Source of the DNA: Candidatus Saccharimonadales bacterium
GTDB taxonomy: Bacteria > Patescibacteriota > Saccharimonadia > Saccharimonadales > JACQNP01
DNA length: 64,000 nt
Direction of reading: 5' to 3'
Assembly (NCBI GenBank): GCA_041742395.1
Contig: JBGSIS010000010.1
Location: forward strand, 724 to 64,723
Shown: positions 52,252 to 61,526 of the stretch, piece by piece
How positions within the stretch are numbered: the first letter of the stretch is position 1
How the letters are laid out: each line of letters begins with the position of its first letter
Translations under genes and position numbers: made by a program
The notes under the pieces: model-generated
Seen by the model: the letters and a program-made list of their open reading frames with translations, nothing else
Database searches by the model: none
Told to the model about the DNA's origin: nothing

Positions 52252-53508
52252 TTAAGCTTTTGCTTTTCTTTTTTGGAAGAACTTTTTCAGGCCTTTTAGG
52301 TTATTTCTTTCAATGTTGACTAAATTACCTGTAAGAATTATATCTTCGATTACTTTCATGTCTGTTTCAGATAATGATCTTTCGTTTCCTTCAGAATCTA
52401 CAACTAGTATGCCAGTTCTTTTATCGACTGTTATAACTAGCTCTCTAACTTCATTAGGCATATTAGTAGGAAATTCTCGTTTGGTAACTACTCGTCTGAA
52501 TCGTTTATCTTTTCCAGGCTTAATTTCTAAGCTTACAGTCATGTTAGTCTTGACCTTGCCAATGTTAACTTCGTACTGTTTTTGAAGCTCTAGGTCAAAA
52601 TTTGGATCGATTGCATGCATTGCTTCAATGAAAGTCTCTTTTTCGTTATTTGTAACGCCGAGTTCTTTTTCGAAGCGTTTAAACAGACCAAGTTTTCTAA
52701 GTAATGCAAAGTGATCACTTGTTACATCTTGGGTTATTTCAAAATCTGAGTCAATAGAGTTAACTAATTCGATGATACCTTCTACGGCGCTAAACCTTGA
52801 TCCGTTATCGTCCTGTCCCCAACCGTATAAGTTCCCTGATTGAAGTTCATCTTCTGGATTCTCTCCATAAAATTGAAGATAGTCACAATACGAACCCTGA
52901 GATCTTACGAACTTTACTATTGGGAAAGCTAGGTTTTGCCTGGTGATGGCATAAATTCCAAAGCCCTGGTCTTCACCATCACTGCCTTCTTGCTTAAGTA
53001 GACCTAGAGAGAATTTTAGTGTTCCTGTCCATTCTTGGAATGTTGCGTTTCCAGCACCAATAATTCTGTTCGTTGTGATACCGAATTTATTATCTATTTC
53101 GGTAACCTGGGTCAATCCCCTGAATTTATTACCTGCAAAGTCTTGTTCGGAAGAATATAGGGTTACAGAACTTCCTTTGGCCTTAGAATCATAAACTTCA
53201 TTGGCACGTGCCATGCAGTCTGACGCCAGAATACTGCACTCCATTGTCCCTGATTCTGTAGCGTACATATCTGCTAATAACTGTCCGGTTGTTGGCTCGT
53301 CAGGTTTAATCCTTGATGGATCAGGTGTTGAAGGTACGTTTGGATCAAATAATTCTTCATAACCCCGAACGCCATGATTAAATGCTGCTCTTTCAAATGC
53401 AGCTCTTTCAAGAGCAGCTATTTGATTTTCTAAAGCTACTTTTTCAAAATTATTATAATTGTTATTAATTTCCTCATTATAATAATTCGAATATTCGTGA
53501 TTGCGCAT
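52252..53508 (-). CDS. Orphan 418-aa protein of the paralogue array (no signal peptide, no motif recognised)
   Basis: Long ORF. N/Y-rich N-terminus and coiled-coil (ALENQIAALERAAFERAAF), K-rich C-terminus. A TATAAT-containing promoter-like sequence lies upstream (53509-53555). Confidence 0.55.
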   Translation of the reverse strand: MRNHEYSNYYNEEINNNYNNFEKVALENQIAALERAAFERAAFNHGVRGYEELFDPNVPSTPDPSRIKPDEPTTGQLLADMYATESGTMECSILASDCMARANEVYDSKAKGSSVTLYSSEQDFAGNKFRGLTQVTEIDNKFGITTNRIIGAGNATFQEWTGTLKFSLGLLKQEGSDGEDQGFGIYAITRQNLAFPIVKFVRSQGSYCDYLQFYGENPEDELQSGNLYGWGQDDNGSRFSAVEGIIELVNSIDSDFEITQDVTSDHFALLRKLGLFKRFEKELGVTNNEKETFIEAMHAIDPNFDLELQKQYEVNIGKVKTNMTVSLEIKPGKDKRFRRVVTKREFPTNMPNEVRELVITVDKRTGILVVDSEGNERSLSETDMKVIEDIILTGNLVNIERNNLKGLKKFFQKRKAKA

Positions 53509-53555
53509 AATGTTGTATTATAACAGAAAAAAGTAAAAAAGTCTAGTAATTTGTT

Positions 53556-53960
53556 CTAGTATCCACCATCTTGGTCTTTACAGGCAAAGTCGGTAACTGC
53601 CTTACCAGTAGCGAAATCGGCGAACTGAAAATCTGGCCTACTAAAGATATTTGAATCACCTATTGTAAAAAACAGCACTGAAGGCTCATAGCTGTTGGCT
53701 GCTTTTGGCATGACGCTAAGAATCTGTTGACCGTCTTGTTCATGAACATCAATAATTGCACCTTTATCTGGATCGTAAGGAGTATTATCTAGGCATCCGT
53801 CTTCTTGGGTGTATCTGTCTTTAAATGTTGACTGAGCGTCTTGATGTTCATTCCACTTAACTAATCCTAAGAATGATATTCCAGCAATGCCCAAGATAGC
53901 AGTTATTGAGGCACCGGTTTTTAGTAGTTTTTTCTCTGTACTGAATTTTTCCATCAACAT
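53556..53960 (-). CDS. TM-anchored small extracytoplasmic protein with two Cys
   Basis: 134 aa. N-terminal anchor ASITAILGIAGISFLGLV. Cysteines in EDGCLDN and FACKDQ. Confidence 0.5.
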   Translation of the reverse strand: MLMEKFSTEKKLLKTGASITAILGIAGISFLGLVKWNEHQDAQSTFKDRYTQEDGCLDNTPYDPDKGAIIDVHEQDGQQILSVMPKAANSYEPSVLFFTIGDSNIFSRPDFQFADFATGKAVTDFACKDQDGGY

Positions 53961-54001
53961 ACAATAACATTAAAGAATTATATTGTCCATGGTCTAATTT
54001 T

Positions 54002-54574
54002 CTAGAAATTTATTTGAGAGGATTGTGAATTTTCGTTTTCAAAAAGTGTAAAAACAAAATTTGCGTCGTTAGTATTTTCTGGTATTAGGTAGCTAAGTTG
54101 ACCACTAATGCTCTTTCCACTATCGACTGGTCCAGCAATTATTGGGTTTTCTAGGATTGTTGGCCACATTTCGTAGGACTGTTCACCAATAACTATTTTA
54201 GTTTGAAGAACTGGTGCAAAGTTGTAGGCATAGGTCGAGTTATTTGTAATTTTTAAGTTAACTACCACAAACTTTTCACCGCTTGGAGCAATAAATGGCT
54301 CTGAACCTTTATTGGTAGTGGCTGAGGTTACTTCCCATTCAACCCCATTTTTGTTTTGAGTAGTTTGACTAATGACAGCACTATTTTGATTCTGACTACT
54401 TGATTCAGAAGCTTGGTCGGCACTGAGAGCATTTACGAACATATTGCCGGTTAGTCCGCCAACTATTACCCAGACGCCAATTACGAAGAATTTCGCGTAA
54501 TTGTTGAGTGACGAGTGACCTGTCGATTGACCGCCCTTCTTGAAACTTAACTTTGCTTTAGATTGTCTGCTCAT
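54002..54574 (-). CDS. TM-anchored DUF4352-like (Ig-fold) protein
   Basis: 190 aa. N-terminal TM. GEKFVVVNLKITNNSTYAYNF...SGQLSYLIPE resembles DUF4352. ATGA overlap with the cyt-b5 gene. Confidence 0.5.
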   Translation of the reverse strand: MSRQSKAKLSFKKGGQSTGHSSLNNYAKFFVIGVWVIVGGLTGNMFVNALSADQASESSSQNQNSAVISQTTQNKNGVEWEVTSATTNKGSEPFIAPSGEKFVVVNLKITNNSTYAYNFAPVLQTKIVIGEQSYEMWPTILENPIIAGPVDSGKSISGQLSYLIPENTNDANFVFTLFENENSQSSQINF

Positions 54575-55296
54575 TTCATTGGCCCCACATAATAACTGGC
54601 TAGTACACTGTAGGCTGATGAGGAGTGCTTCTTTTTTTGTCCAGAAACTGATGAGCTACCGTTCATATAGCCTGTAAAATCTTTTCCACAAGAAGTACTA
54701 TTGAATACTGATTTTCCTCCAGGATGTTTTGAAACATAACTGGTTAAAATATAGTAACCACCGTTATATATTCCCCAGCAATTAGACTGAGAGTTATGAG
54801 TTGCTACTTCTGACGAAGTGCATGCTCCACCCGCTGAACCGCAACTTGGAGCTGGCGGTGGAGTCGGCGTCGGCGTGGGTGTTGGTGTAGTAGGAGTACT
54901 GCCAGAACCAGTACTTCCGGAATTAGACGAACTACCGGTTGAGGTGCTACCGCCTGACGGTTGCGTAGAACTACCTGTCGAGGCTTGACTGCTATTAGAC
55001 GTAGAGGTGTTTTGATTACTGGTGCCATCTGAACTTGTAGATGTATCTTGATTACTATTTGAAGTACTTTGGTTTGGATTGTCGTTAAGATCTGTACCGT
55101 TAGCTGTAGAATTACTGTTATCAATTTGAGAGATTTGATCTGAACTGTCATCTAGAGTTTCGGAATTCGATGAAGGAGATATATTGAAAATAAAGCCTCC
55201 AACAAATATTGTTGTAACTCCAATGAAATAACCAACCAGACAAAAGGCTACTAGTTTTTTTAAAGTTATGTCGGTAACAAGTGTTTTTAACTTCAT
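54571..55296 (-). CDS. TM-anchored protein with S/T/N-rich and (TP)n linker and a C-terminal cytochrome b5-like heme-binding domain
   Basis: 241 aa. HNSQSNCWGIYNGGYYILTSYVSKHPGG...GKDFTG...KKHSSSAY matches the cyt-b5 pattern (H..DCW...VYD.T.F...HPGG...G.D.T..F...HS). ATGA overlap with the NOX-like gene. Confidence 0.65.
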   Translation of the reverse strand: MKLKTLVTDITLKKLVAFCLVGYFIGVTTIFVGGFIFNISPSSNSETLDDSSDQISQIDNSNSTANGTDLNDNPNQSTSNSNQDTSTSSDGTSNQNTSTSNSSQASTGSSTQPSGGSTSTGSSSNSGSTGSGSTPTTPTPTPTPTPPPAPSCGSAGGACTSSEVATHNSQSNCWGIYNGGYYILTSYVSKHPGGKSVFNSTSCGKDFTGYMNGSSSVSGQKKKHSSSAYSVLASYYVGPMK

Positions 55297-56612
55297 GACA
55301 TTGAAAATTCCTCAGAATGCATATTATTTTTCTTTACACCTAATTGTAGCATTTGTTGCTTTAGTGCTTTCATCATTGGTGGTGGACCGCAAAGTAGAAT
55401 GTCACATTCTTTAATGTCTGTAGTTATGTTGCTCATTTTCTCTGCAGTTAAAAATCCGTCACGATCGGTGATAATTGGAATTACTCTTACGTTGTTATTT
55501 GTTTTTTGCTTAATATTCATTAGTATTTCTTGCCAGTCAATTAATTCCTCTTCGTTTTTAACGCTATAGTAAAAGTCTACTTTATAGTCCTCTGGTACTT
55601 CTTTTAGCATACTAAGGAAAGGTGTTACACCTATACCGCCAGCAACCCAAACTTGTTTTCGTGATTGAAAATTACGGAAGTTAAATCTACCATAAGCTCC
55701 CTCTATTAAAACATCCATTCCGGCAAGCGAGGGTGCTAGTCTTACTAATGTTGAAGTATATTTTCCTAGATCTTTGACAGTAATTTCTAAGCCATCATCT
55801 TTTGAGTTCGATGAAATAGTAAAAGGATGCCACTCATGGGACATGCCTTCAGCTTGAAAGCTAACAAATAGAAACTGACCTGATTTGAAATCTAGAGTTT
55901 CATTTTTTGGTTGCATTCGAATTCTTGATACTCCAGTAGCTGGATTACTAATTTGTGAGATAGTGTATTCATATCTCCTAACAAAAAATCTTGGCAGCAA
56001 TGTCCTATATATATAGGCAACGCTAGCAAAAAACAGAAAAGATAATAGATATATTCTAAGTACAATTATGTTCTGATTTATACTAGGCATTAGAATTATA
56101 TGTAGTGACATTAAAAGCAAAACTAATCCTAAAAATTTATGGGACAGTAACCACAAATGATAAGGCATCTTTACGTAGAAAGTTAGAATCATCAAAAATA
56201 CAAATATCCACAGAGCAAAAGTACCAAGAGTTCTAGGCAAGTCTGAAGTCGATGGCAGAAGATATAGGGCCGAATCTTTCCAAGAAATACTAGCTTTTTC
56301 TAATGCAAGTGTAAGTGGGTGAAGAAGTAAGATACATAGTGCAATCCCACCGGTAAGGTGATGAGCAATATACATTTTGTTTAGGCCACCAAAAAGGGTT
56401 TCCAATTCTCTGAGTCTAGTAGAAAGAATTATGTTTAAGCAAAATAGCATAACTGCGACTAGTCCAGTAATGCTGCCAATAGCTGCCAGTTTAAGTTCCG
56501 GAGAGTCGAATCTTCCTTCGAATGGAACACCAAAAATCCACATTACCACGGGTATGATGGTAAGAATAACTACTAGCGGCCAGCCTAATCTGGAGTAATA
56601 TTTATAAAGCAT
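55293..56612 (-). CDS. Ferric reductase / NADPH-oxidase (NOX/FRE)-like flavocytochrome
   Basis: 439 aa. 6 TM with two H-x13-H heme-ligand pairs (HLTGGIALCILLLH and HKFLGLVLLLMSLH). FAD motif HPFTISS, NAD(P)H motif GGIGVTPFLS, and CGPPPMM. Confidence 0.8.
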   Translation of the reverse strand: MLYKYYSRLGWPLVVILTIIPVVMWIFGVPFEGRFDSPELKLAAIGSITGLVAVMLFCLNIILSTRLRELETLFGGLNKMYIAHHLTGGIALCILLLHPLTLALEKASISWKDSALYLLPSTSDLPRTLGTFALWIFVFLMILTFYVKMPYHLWLLSHKFLGLVLLLMSLHIILMPSINQNIIVLRIYLLSFLFFASVAYIYRTLLPRFFVRRYEYTISQISNPATGVSRIRMQPKNETLDFKSGQFLFVSFQAEGMSHEWHPFTISSNSKDDGLEITVKDLGKYTSTLVRLAPSLAGMDVLIEGAYGRFNFRNFQSRKQVWVAGGIGVTPFLSMLKEVPEDYKVDFYYSVKNEEELIDWQEILMNIKQKTNNNVRVIPIITDRDGFLTAEKMSNITTDIKECDILLCGPPPMMKALKQQMLQLGVKKNNMHSEEFSMS

Positions 56613-56674
56613 ATGTTTACTACTATTAAACCTTATCTATAAATTGCTGTCTAGTTAGGTTGAATAATTACCTG

Positions 56675-57211
56675 TTATTTATTCTGTTTTAGCTCTGCAA
56701 ATCTTTTAACTAAAGATCTTAAAACAAATTGCGGGACATACCTTTCTATTTCGTTTTCCCAGCCCTCAGGCCCCATCATCCCCTTTACATTGCTGGAACT
56801 TACTTTTAAGAGTTCGTCGGGTCCAGCAACATAAAATGTCCTGATTTTAGGTTCTATATCCATGTTTAAGCTCGATAGAGTCTTTTCAGAATTAAAGTCA
56901 TCAGCGTTTCTGAGACCCCTTAGTAAGTAATTAAAACCAAGTTCCTTAGCATATCTAACAGTGTATTTATTTTCAAAAGTACCAATTGTTACATTTTCGT
57001 AGGGCTGAGTAAGATCTTGTAGCATCTCCACTCTTTCTTCCATAGTGAACATACTCTTCTTAGACGGGTTGACCGCAACCGCCACATGAAGTTCGTCAAA
57101 GAGCTCTGCTCCACTTTCTATGACCCATAGATGTCCATTAGTTGGTGGGTCGAATGATCCTGCATACACCGCTTTACGTTCTGTTAATCGCTCTGCGTTT
57201 AATTGTTCCAT
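56675..57211 (-). CDS. coaD: Phosphopantetheine adenylyltransferase
   Basis: 178 aa. AVYAGSFDPPTNGHLWVIE (GSFDPxTxGH). Confidence 0.9.
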   Translation of the reverse strand: MEQLNAERLTERKAVYAGSFDPPTNGHLWVIESGAELFDELHVAVAVNPSKKSMFTMEERVEMLQDLTQPYENVTIGTFENKYTVRYAKELGFNYLLRGLRNADDFNSEKTLSSLNMDIEPKIRTFYVAGPDELLKVSSSNVKGMMGPEGWENEIERYVPQFVLRSLVKRFAELKQNK

Positions 57212-57304
57212 GCAAACCTCCTTGACTTGGTTGTACTATAATTGTATTTATTATTGTCAATAAAGTAAAATATTATATATAAGGGTGGAGTTAAGGATTG
57301 ATTT

Positions 57305-57985
57305 ATGTCAGAAAGATTTAATCCAGAAGAAATAAAGATTATTGACGATAGGACAGTTTTTGGCCTAACTGGTGGTATGGGTTCTGGAAAATCTACTGTT
57401 TCTGGTGAATTAGAGCAACGGGGTGCAAAAATTGTAGATGCTGACTTGATTGTTAGACAGATTCAATCCCCTGGCGAACCAGGGCTAAATGGAATGGTCG
57501 ATGTTTTAGGCGAAGATATTTTACTGAATAATGGTGAGTTGAACCGAAAAGTTGCCGCTAAAAAAATGTTCACTAACGATGAAACTCGAAAAAGCGTCAT
57601 GAGGGTTCTCAGTCCACTAATTAAGAATGAAATTTTTGAACAAACAAGTAAATATGAAAGAGACGATTTAGTTGTTTTAGATATTCCACTTCTGTTTGAG
57701 GCGGGTTGGAATGAATTACCACTTAAGGGAATAATGGTCGTCAATACTCCAAAAAATCTAGCAATAGCCAGGTTGGTTAAGTATAGAGGATATAGTGAAG
57801 AGGAAGCTGAAACTAGACTTTCGGCACAAATGAGTTTGGATCGACGCTTGAATTATGCCGACGTTATTATTGACAATGATTCGGATAGACAATCACTTAC
57901 TAAAGAAATTGATATTGCTTGGAAGTGGATGAATACCGTTAGAGATCTAGGACGGGTTTCACTTAAAAGCTGGGGAAACCAATAA
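57305..57985 (+). CDS. coaE: Dephospho-CoA kinase
   Basis: 226 aa. FGLTGGMGSGKSTV P-loop and VLDIPLLFE. Confidence 0.88.
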   Translation: MSERFNPEEIKIIDDRTVFGLTGGMGSGKSTVSGELEQRGAKIVDADLIVRQIQSPGEPGLNGMVDVLGEDILLNNGELNRKVAAKKMFTNDETRKSVMRVLSPLIKNEIFEQTSKYERDDLVVLDIPLLFEAGWNELPLKGIMVVNTPKNLAIARLVKYRGYSEEEAETRLSAQMSLDRRLNYADVIIDNDSDRQSLTKEIDIAWKWMNTVRDLGRVSLKSWGNQ

Positions 57986-58677
57986 TGAATACAAAGTCTG
58001 AAATTTTAGAATCTAACTTAGACTATTTGGTGGCGCCAAGCTTGCCTGCAGATAGAGCCATGGAGGTTGCTGGTCATATGATTGATTCTTATTATGAGCC
58101 TTGGCGAAAATATCATACTATTAATCATCTTGGTCAAATGCTTGGATTAACACTTGAGTACAAAGATGAACTAAAAAACCCACGCCGAGTAATCTGGGGT
58201 ACAATTGGGCACGATAGGATTTATATTCCTCAGCTGTACAGTCCTAGTATGCCAAAAGGATTAAATGAAAAGCTAAGCGCTGAGTCAACATATCACGACT
58301 TAGCATCTTTTTTACCTAACCGTGAATGTCAACAAATAAGAGGAGATATATTATCTTCAGCTACACATAAACTTGGTGGAGGTAATTCTGACCGGGCTTT
58401 TTTCTTGGATTGGGATATGAGCATACTGGGGTCCGATAAAGTTATTTTTGATGACTACGATTCAAATATTGAAGAAGAGTTTTCTCATGTTGATACTTTG
58501 CTTTTCAAATTAGCTAGGTTAAGTTTTTTTGTATCTAACTTATCACTAAAAAGAATTTTCATAACAGATGTCGCACATGAATTATTAGATGATGCCGCTC
58601 GGGAAAATATGGAAAGAAAAGTAATAGAATACCAGTCAGATATTCGAAATATTCAGCAAGCAAAACAACGTAGTTAA
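57985..58677 (+). CDS. HD-superfamily phosphohydrolase-like protein (COG4339-like)
   Basis: 230 aa. YHTINHLGQML and IGHDRIY. The start overlaps the coaE stop (TAATG). Confidence 0.5.
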   Translation: MNTKSEILESNLDYLVAPSLPADRAMEVAGHMIDSYYEPWRKYHTINHLGQMLGLTLEYKDELKNPRRVIWGTIGHDRIYIPQLYSPSMPKGLNEKLSAESTYHDLASFLPNRECQQIRGDILSSATHKLGGGNSDRAFFLDWDMSILGSDKVIFDDYDSNIEEEFSHVDTLLFKLARLSFFVSNLSLKRIFITDVAHELLDDAARENMERKVIEYQSDIRNIQQAKQRS

Positions 58678-59796
58678 TTATTGGGAAAAATAATCGTAAC
58701 CAATACTATCGTTCTGGTAGTTCATGGCTCCTTTGCCTACAATATATTTCAATATGTTTGAGTCTATCGCTCCGAGTCTTTTTAGCAATAATTCTTCTTT
58801 GTCGCAAATTGGTTGCGGCATTTCGTAACAAGCCACAGTACCACGCAAAAAAAGAGATTCTGTCATCTCGGCTACGTCTTCTGAGCTATTGGTTGCTGCG
58901 TATTCGGATATAAAATAATCAAAATTAACTTTATCTTCTTCTCTAGTATAGTTTGCCCCTGAATTTATTCGAACATACTCGATGTCTTTGCCTTCATCGA
59001 TGCACATTTTGTCATGCAAAGCGTGTCCAATTTCATGGTAAACATTAGACTTAATTGAGTTAATGTCATTTGAATTTAAAATAATAAATGGCCTACCTTT
59101 GATGTTATCCACTGAGTAAAGACCTCCAATTTCAAAGTCGCTTAAAGCAACAGAGCTAGTTACGTATATATCTGTTCCTCGAATGTAATCCAATATTCCG
59201 GGAGGCAGTTTACTGAGTGCGTCAGTTAGTGTAAAAGCCGCAAGTTGATACTCATATAACGATAGTTGATCGGGTTTGTGAACGGCTTGTGCAGAATTAG
59301 TTTGAGTTGGGGTGGACATCGACAAAGGCAGTTCTCCAAAGTGAAAACGTACATCTTGTTCGACATAATAGTCATTTAGAAAACCACTAATTTCTTCCTT
59401 ATTCTTTGTTTTATCTAGAAGGTCGTAGTTAATATATTCCTCACTCGTACTTTCTTCTCTGGTCTTGACGTAATATTCAATAGCTTCATCTTTGGTTATT
59501 CGTTCTTCAAATAATTCGTCACTTACTTCTATGCAATTTTGAGACTGTTCGGCGGGAGTGTCTTGTTGCTCGGCAGTTTCTAAGTAGTTATTTTCTGTAT
59601 GGACTATGAATGCTGCTGAGCCAAAAACAGCACCAATAAGTAGTAATCTGCCAACTGAGCCAATTATTATTCTTTTTGTAACTTCTTTATCTTGTTTGTG
59701 TGTAGCTTCTAACGACCTAAATTCAACTGGTGGAATATAGCTTTCTGGATTTTCGAAGTCATAGGGAGTGCCTGAAGGATTGCTATCTATATGCAT
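58678..59796 (-). CDS. Membrane-anchored putative zinc metallopeptidase (HExxH)
   Basis: 372 aa. N-terminal TM (LLLIGAVFGSAAFIV). NVYHEIGHALHD zincin motif. Confidence 0.55.
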   Translation of the reverse strand: MHIDSNPSGTPYDFENPESYIPPVEFRSLEATHKQDKEVTKRIIIGSVGRLLLIGAVFGSAAFIVHTENNYLETAEQQDTPAEQSQNCIEVSDELFEERITKDEAIEYYVKTREESTSEEYINYDLLDKTKNKEEISGFLNDYYVEQDVRFHFGELPLSMSTPTQTNSAQAVHKPDQLSLYEYQLAAFTLTDALSKLPPGILDYIRGTDIYVTSSVALSDFEIGGLYSVDNIKGRPFIILNSNDINSIKSNVYHEIGHALHDKMCIDEGKDIEYVRINSGANYTREEDKVNFDYFISEYAATNSSEDVAEMTESLFLRGTVACYEMPQPICDKEELLLKRLGAIDSNILKYIVGKGAMNYQNDSIGYDYFSQ

Positions 59797-59840
59797 ATAT
59801 TGATAAATACTACGATAAATACTTCAATTTTTCCAACAAT

Positions 59841-60632
59841 TTACTTACCTTGGAATTCTTTAAACTGCTTGTCTAGTAATATAAGTTGATCCCAATCGTA
59901 AATTAGTCCTTGTTGAAGCATTGTAGATATTTTACCAAGGTATCGAATAACTTGAGTTTTATGAGTAGCCATTGCTGTTTCTATGTCTCGACTTGGGTAT
60001 TTATAATTAACTAGAAATTCTATCTGAGAATCTTGAAAATTTGTTAAATTCTGGAGAGATACTTCTTTATCTGAAGATACTTGCTGTTCTTCAAATAGCC
60101 GGTGAGCCAGTAGTGGACCTTCTGGAGTAAAAAGCCTACCAACGTCTGCACCGGCAACTGTGTGGGCTATCAATTCCGCTCTTTTATTAGGGTAATCCTG
60201 CTCCATGGCTTTTTGGATAATTGTTCCACCATGAAATCTTGGAGTCGTGCCAATTATTGCTAGACGGCCTGACTCGATTCCAACTCGACTTATACTAGGT
60301 ATATTTGCCAGTCTGCTTGCTAACCATTCTGAACTTTCGACTTCGTCGACACCTAATGAGCGGTCAAAAGTCTTTATCTTGTCATGGGTAGATGCAGCAC
60401 TTATTGCAATCTCGAATTCATTATTAGTAAGTCCTAGGGCATCCTTTAAAACGGCTACATCTTCACAGACCATTCTTGTGTGAAGTCCATTGTGATATCT
60501 GTATAACCCAGATTCTAATTCTTCAATCGACCCGAAGTCATTATCTATCTCATGAATAGACTCGGAGACTATTCGTCTAGTTGGATTACTTAGTTCTCTA
60601 TACCAGCCATATTCTTCCAATGAATTGTGCAT
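59841..60632 (-). CDS. HD-domain protein
   Basis: 263 aa. YHNGLHTRMV ... ASTHDKIK (H...HD). Confidence 0.5.
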   Translation of the reverse strand: MHNSLEEYGWYRELSNPTRRIVSESIHEIDNDFGSIEELESGLYRYHNGLHTRMVCEDVAVLKDALGLTNNEFEIAISAASTHDKIKTFDRSLGVDEVESSEWLASRLANIPSISRVGIESGRLAIIGTTPRFHGGTIIQKAMEQDYPNKRAELIAHTVAGADVGRLFTPEGPLLAHRLFEEQQVSSDKEVSLQNLTNFQDSQIEFLVNYKYPSRDIETAMATHKTQVIRYLGKISTMLQQGLIYDWDQLILLDKQFKEFQGK

Positions 60633-60704
60633 GATATGCTCCTTATTTACATTGCATTATAAGTCTAGAACTATATTTTACAAGTACAATCTGTTGTGCA
60701 ATAA

Positions 60705-61526
60705 ATGCACATAAATTACAATAAAGATGTGACTGACCATGAAAATATTAAAAAAATAATTAGCGAGTTAGGTGGCGATGAGCTTTTAGCGGATATTTAT
60801 ATATCATTGACCATGTATGGACCGCAGACAATTTCTCAGCTGTCTAGAAATTCAAAAGTTGAAAGAACCAAGATATATCGACTGTTAGATGATATGCAAA
60901 AGTTTAATCTTATTGAAGTTGAGCTTCAGCCTAATCGAAATATTATTAAAGCTTCTTCACTGGCCTCGTTAAGGCCGTTGATTGTTCAAAAGCAAGAACA
61001 ACTAAAGGTGTTTGAAGAATTCTTGCCGGAACTTGAAAACAGACTCAATAGGCAGACCATAAAATCACCTTTAACCAAAGTACAGTTTTATAAAGGCAAA
61101 GACGGAGCTAAGCAGATGCTCTGGAATCAGACTAATTCCAATACAGAAACAGTGTCAATTCTTTATCAGAATATGCAGTCTCACACTGGAGAAGATTTTT
61201 ATTTACGATGGGCCGAAAAGTGTAATATGCGCAAAATACCAATAAGAAGTATTGTTGGCGATGAGTTCATTGCCAGCCAAAAAGCTTGGTATGATAATTC
61301 AACTAGTCGTAAGCTGGTTAATTGGCAAGGTCGATATTTATCTAGTGATATACACGAAATTACTTTTTGGACCTGCATATACGACAATGTAGTGGCTTAC
61401 TTCGATTGGCACGAACAAGAGATATACGGAATTGAAATTTATAACCAGAAATTAGCTGACGCTAACAAAAGCTTTTTTGAGGCTTTATGGGCTCAAGGTT
61501 CTGACCTAAAGACAAACTTAGTCTAG
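60705..61526 (+). CDS. TrmB-family transcriptional regulator
   Basis: 273 aa. N-terminal wHTH DIYISLTMYGPQTISQLSRNSKVERTKIYRLLDDMQKFNLIEV. Confidence 0.7.
   Translation: MHINYNKDVTDHENIKKIISELGGDELLADIYISLTMYGPQTISQLSRNSKVERTKIYRLLDDMQKFNLIEVELQPNRNIIKASSLASLRPLIVQKQEQLKVFEEFLPELENRLNRQTIKSPLTKVQFYKGKDGAKQMLWNQTNSNTETVSILYQNMQSHTGEDFYLRWAEKCNMRKIPIRSIVGDEFIASQKAWYDNSTSRKLVNWQGRYLSSDIHEITFWTCIYDNVVAYFDWHEQEIYGIEIYNQKLADANKSFFEALWAQGSDLKTNLV

Noticed and set aside
54804-55151. 115-aa same-strand alternative-frame ORF within the cytochrome b5-like gene.
   Set aside because: It lies in the repetitive S/T/N/(TP)n linker region, where all frames stay open. Only the 241-aa frame yields a TM anchor plus the HPGG b5 domain.
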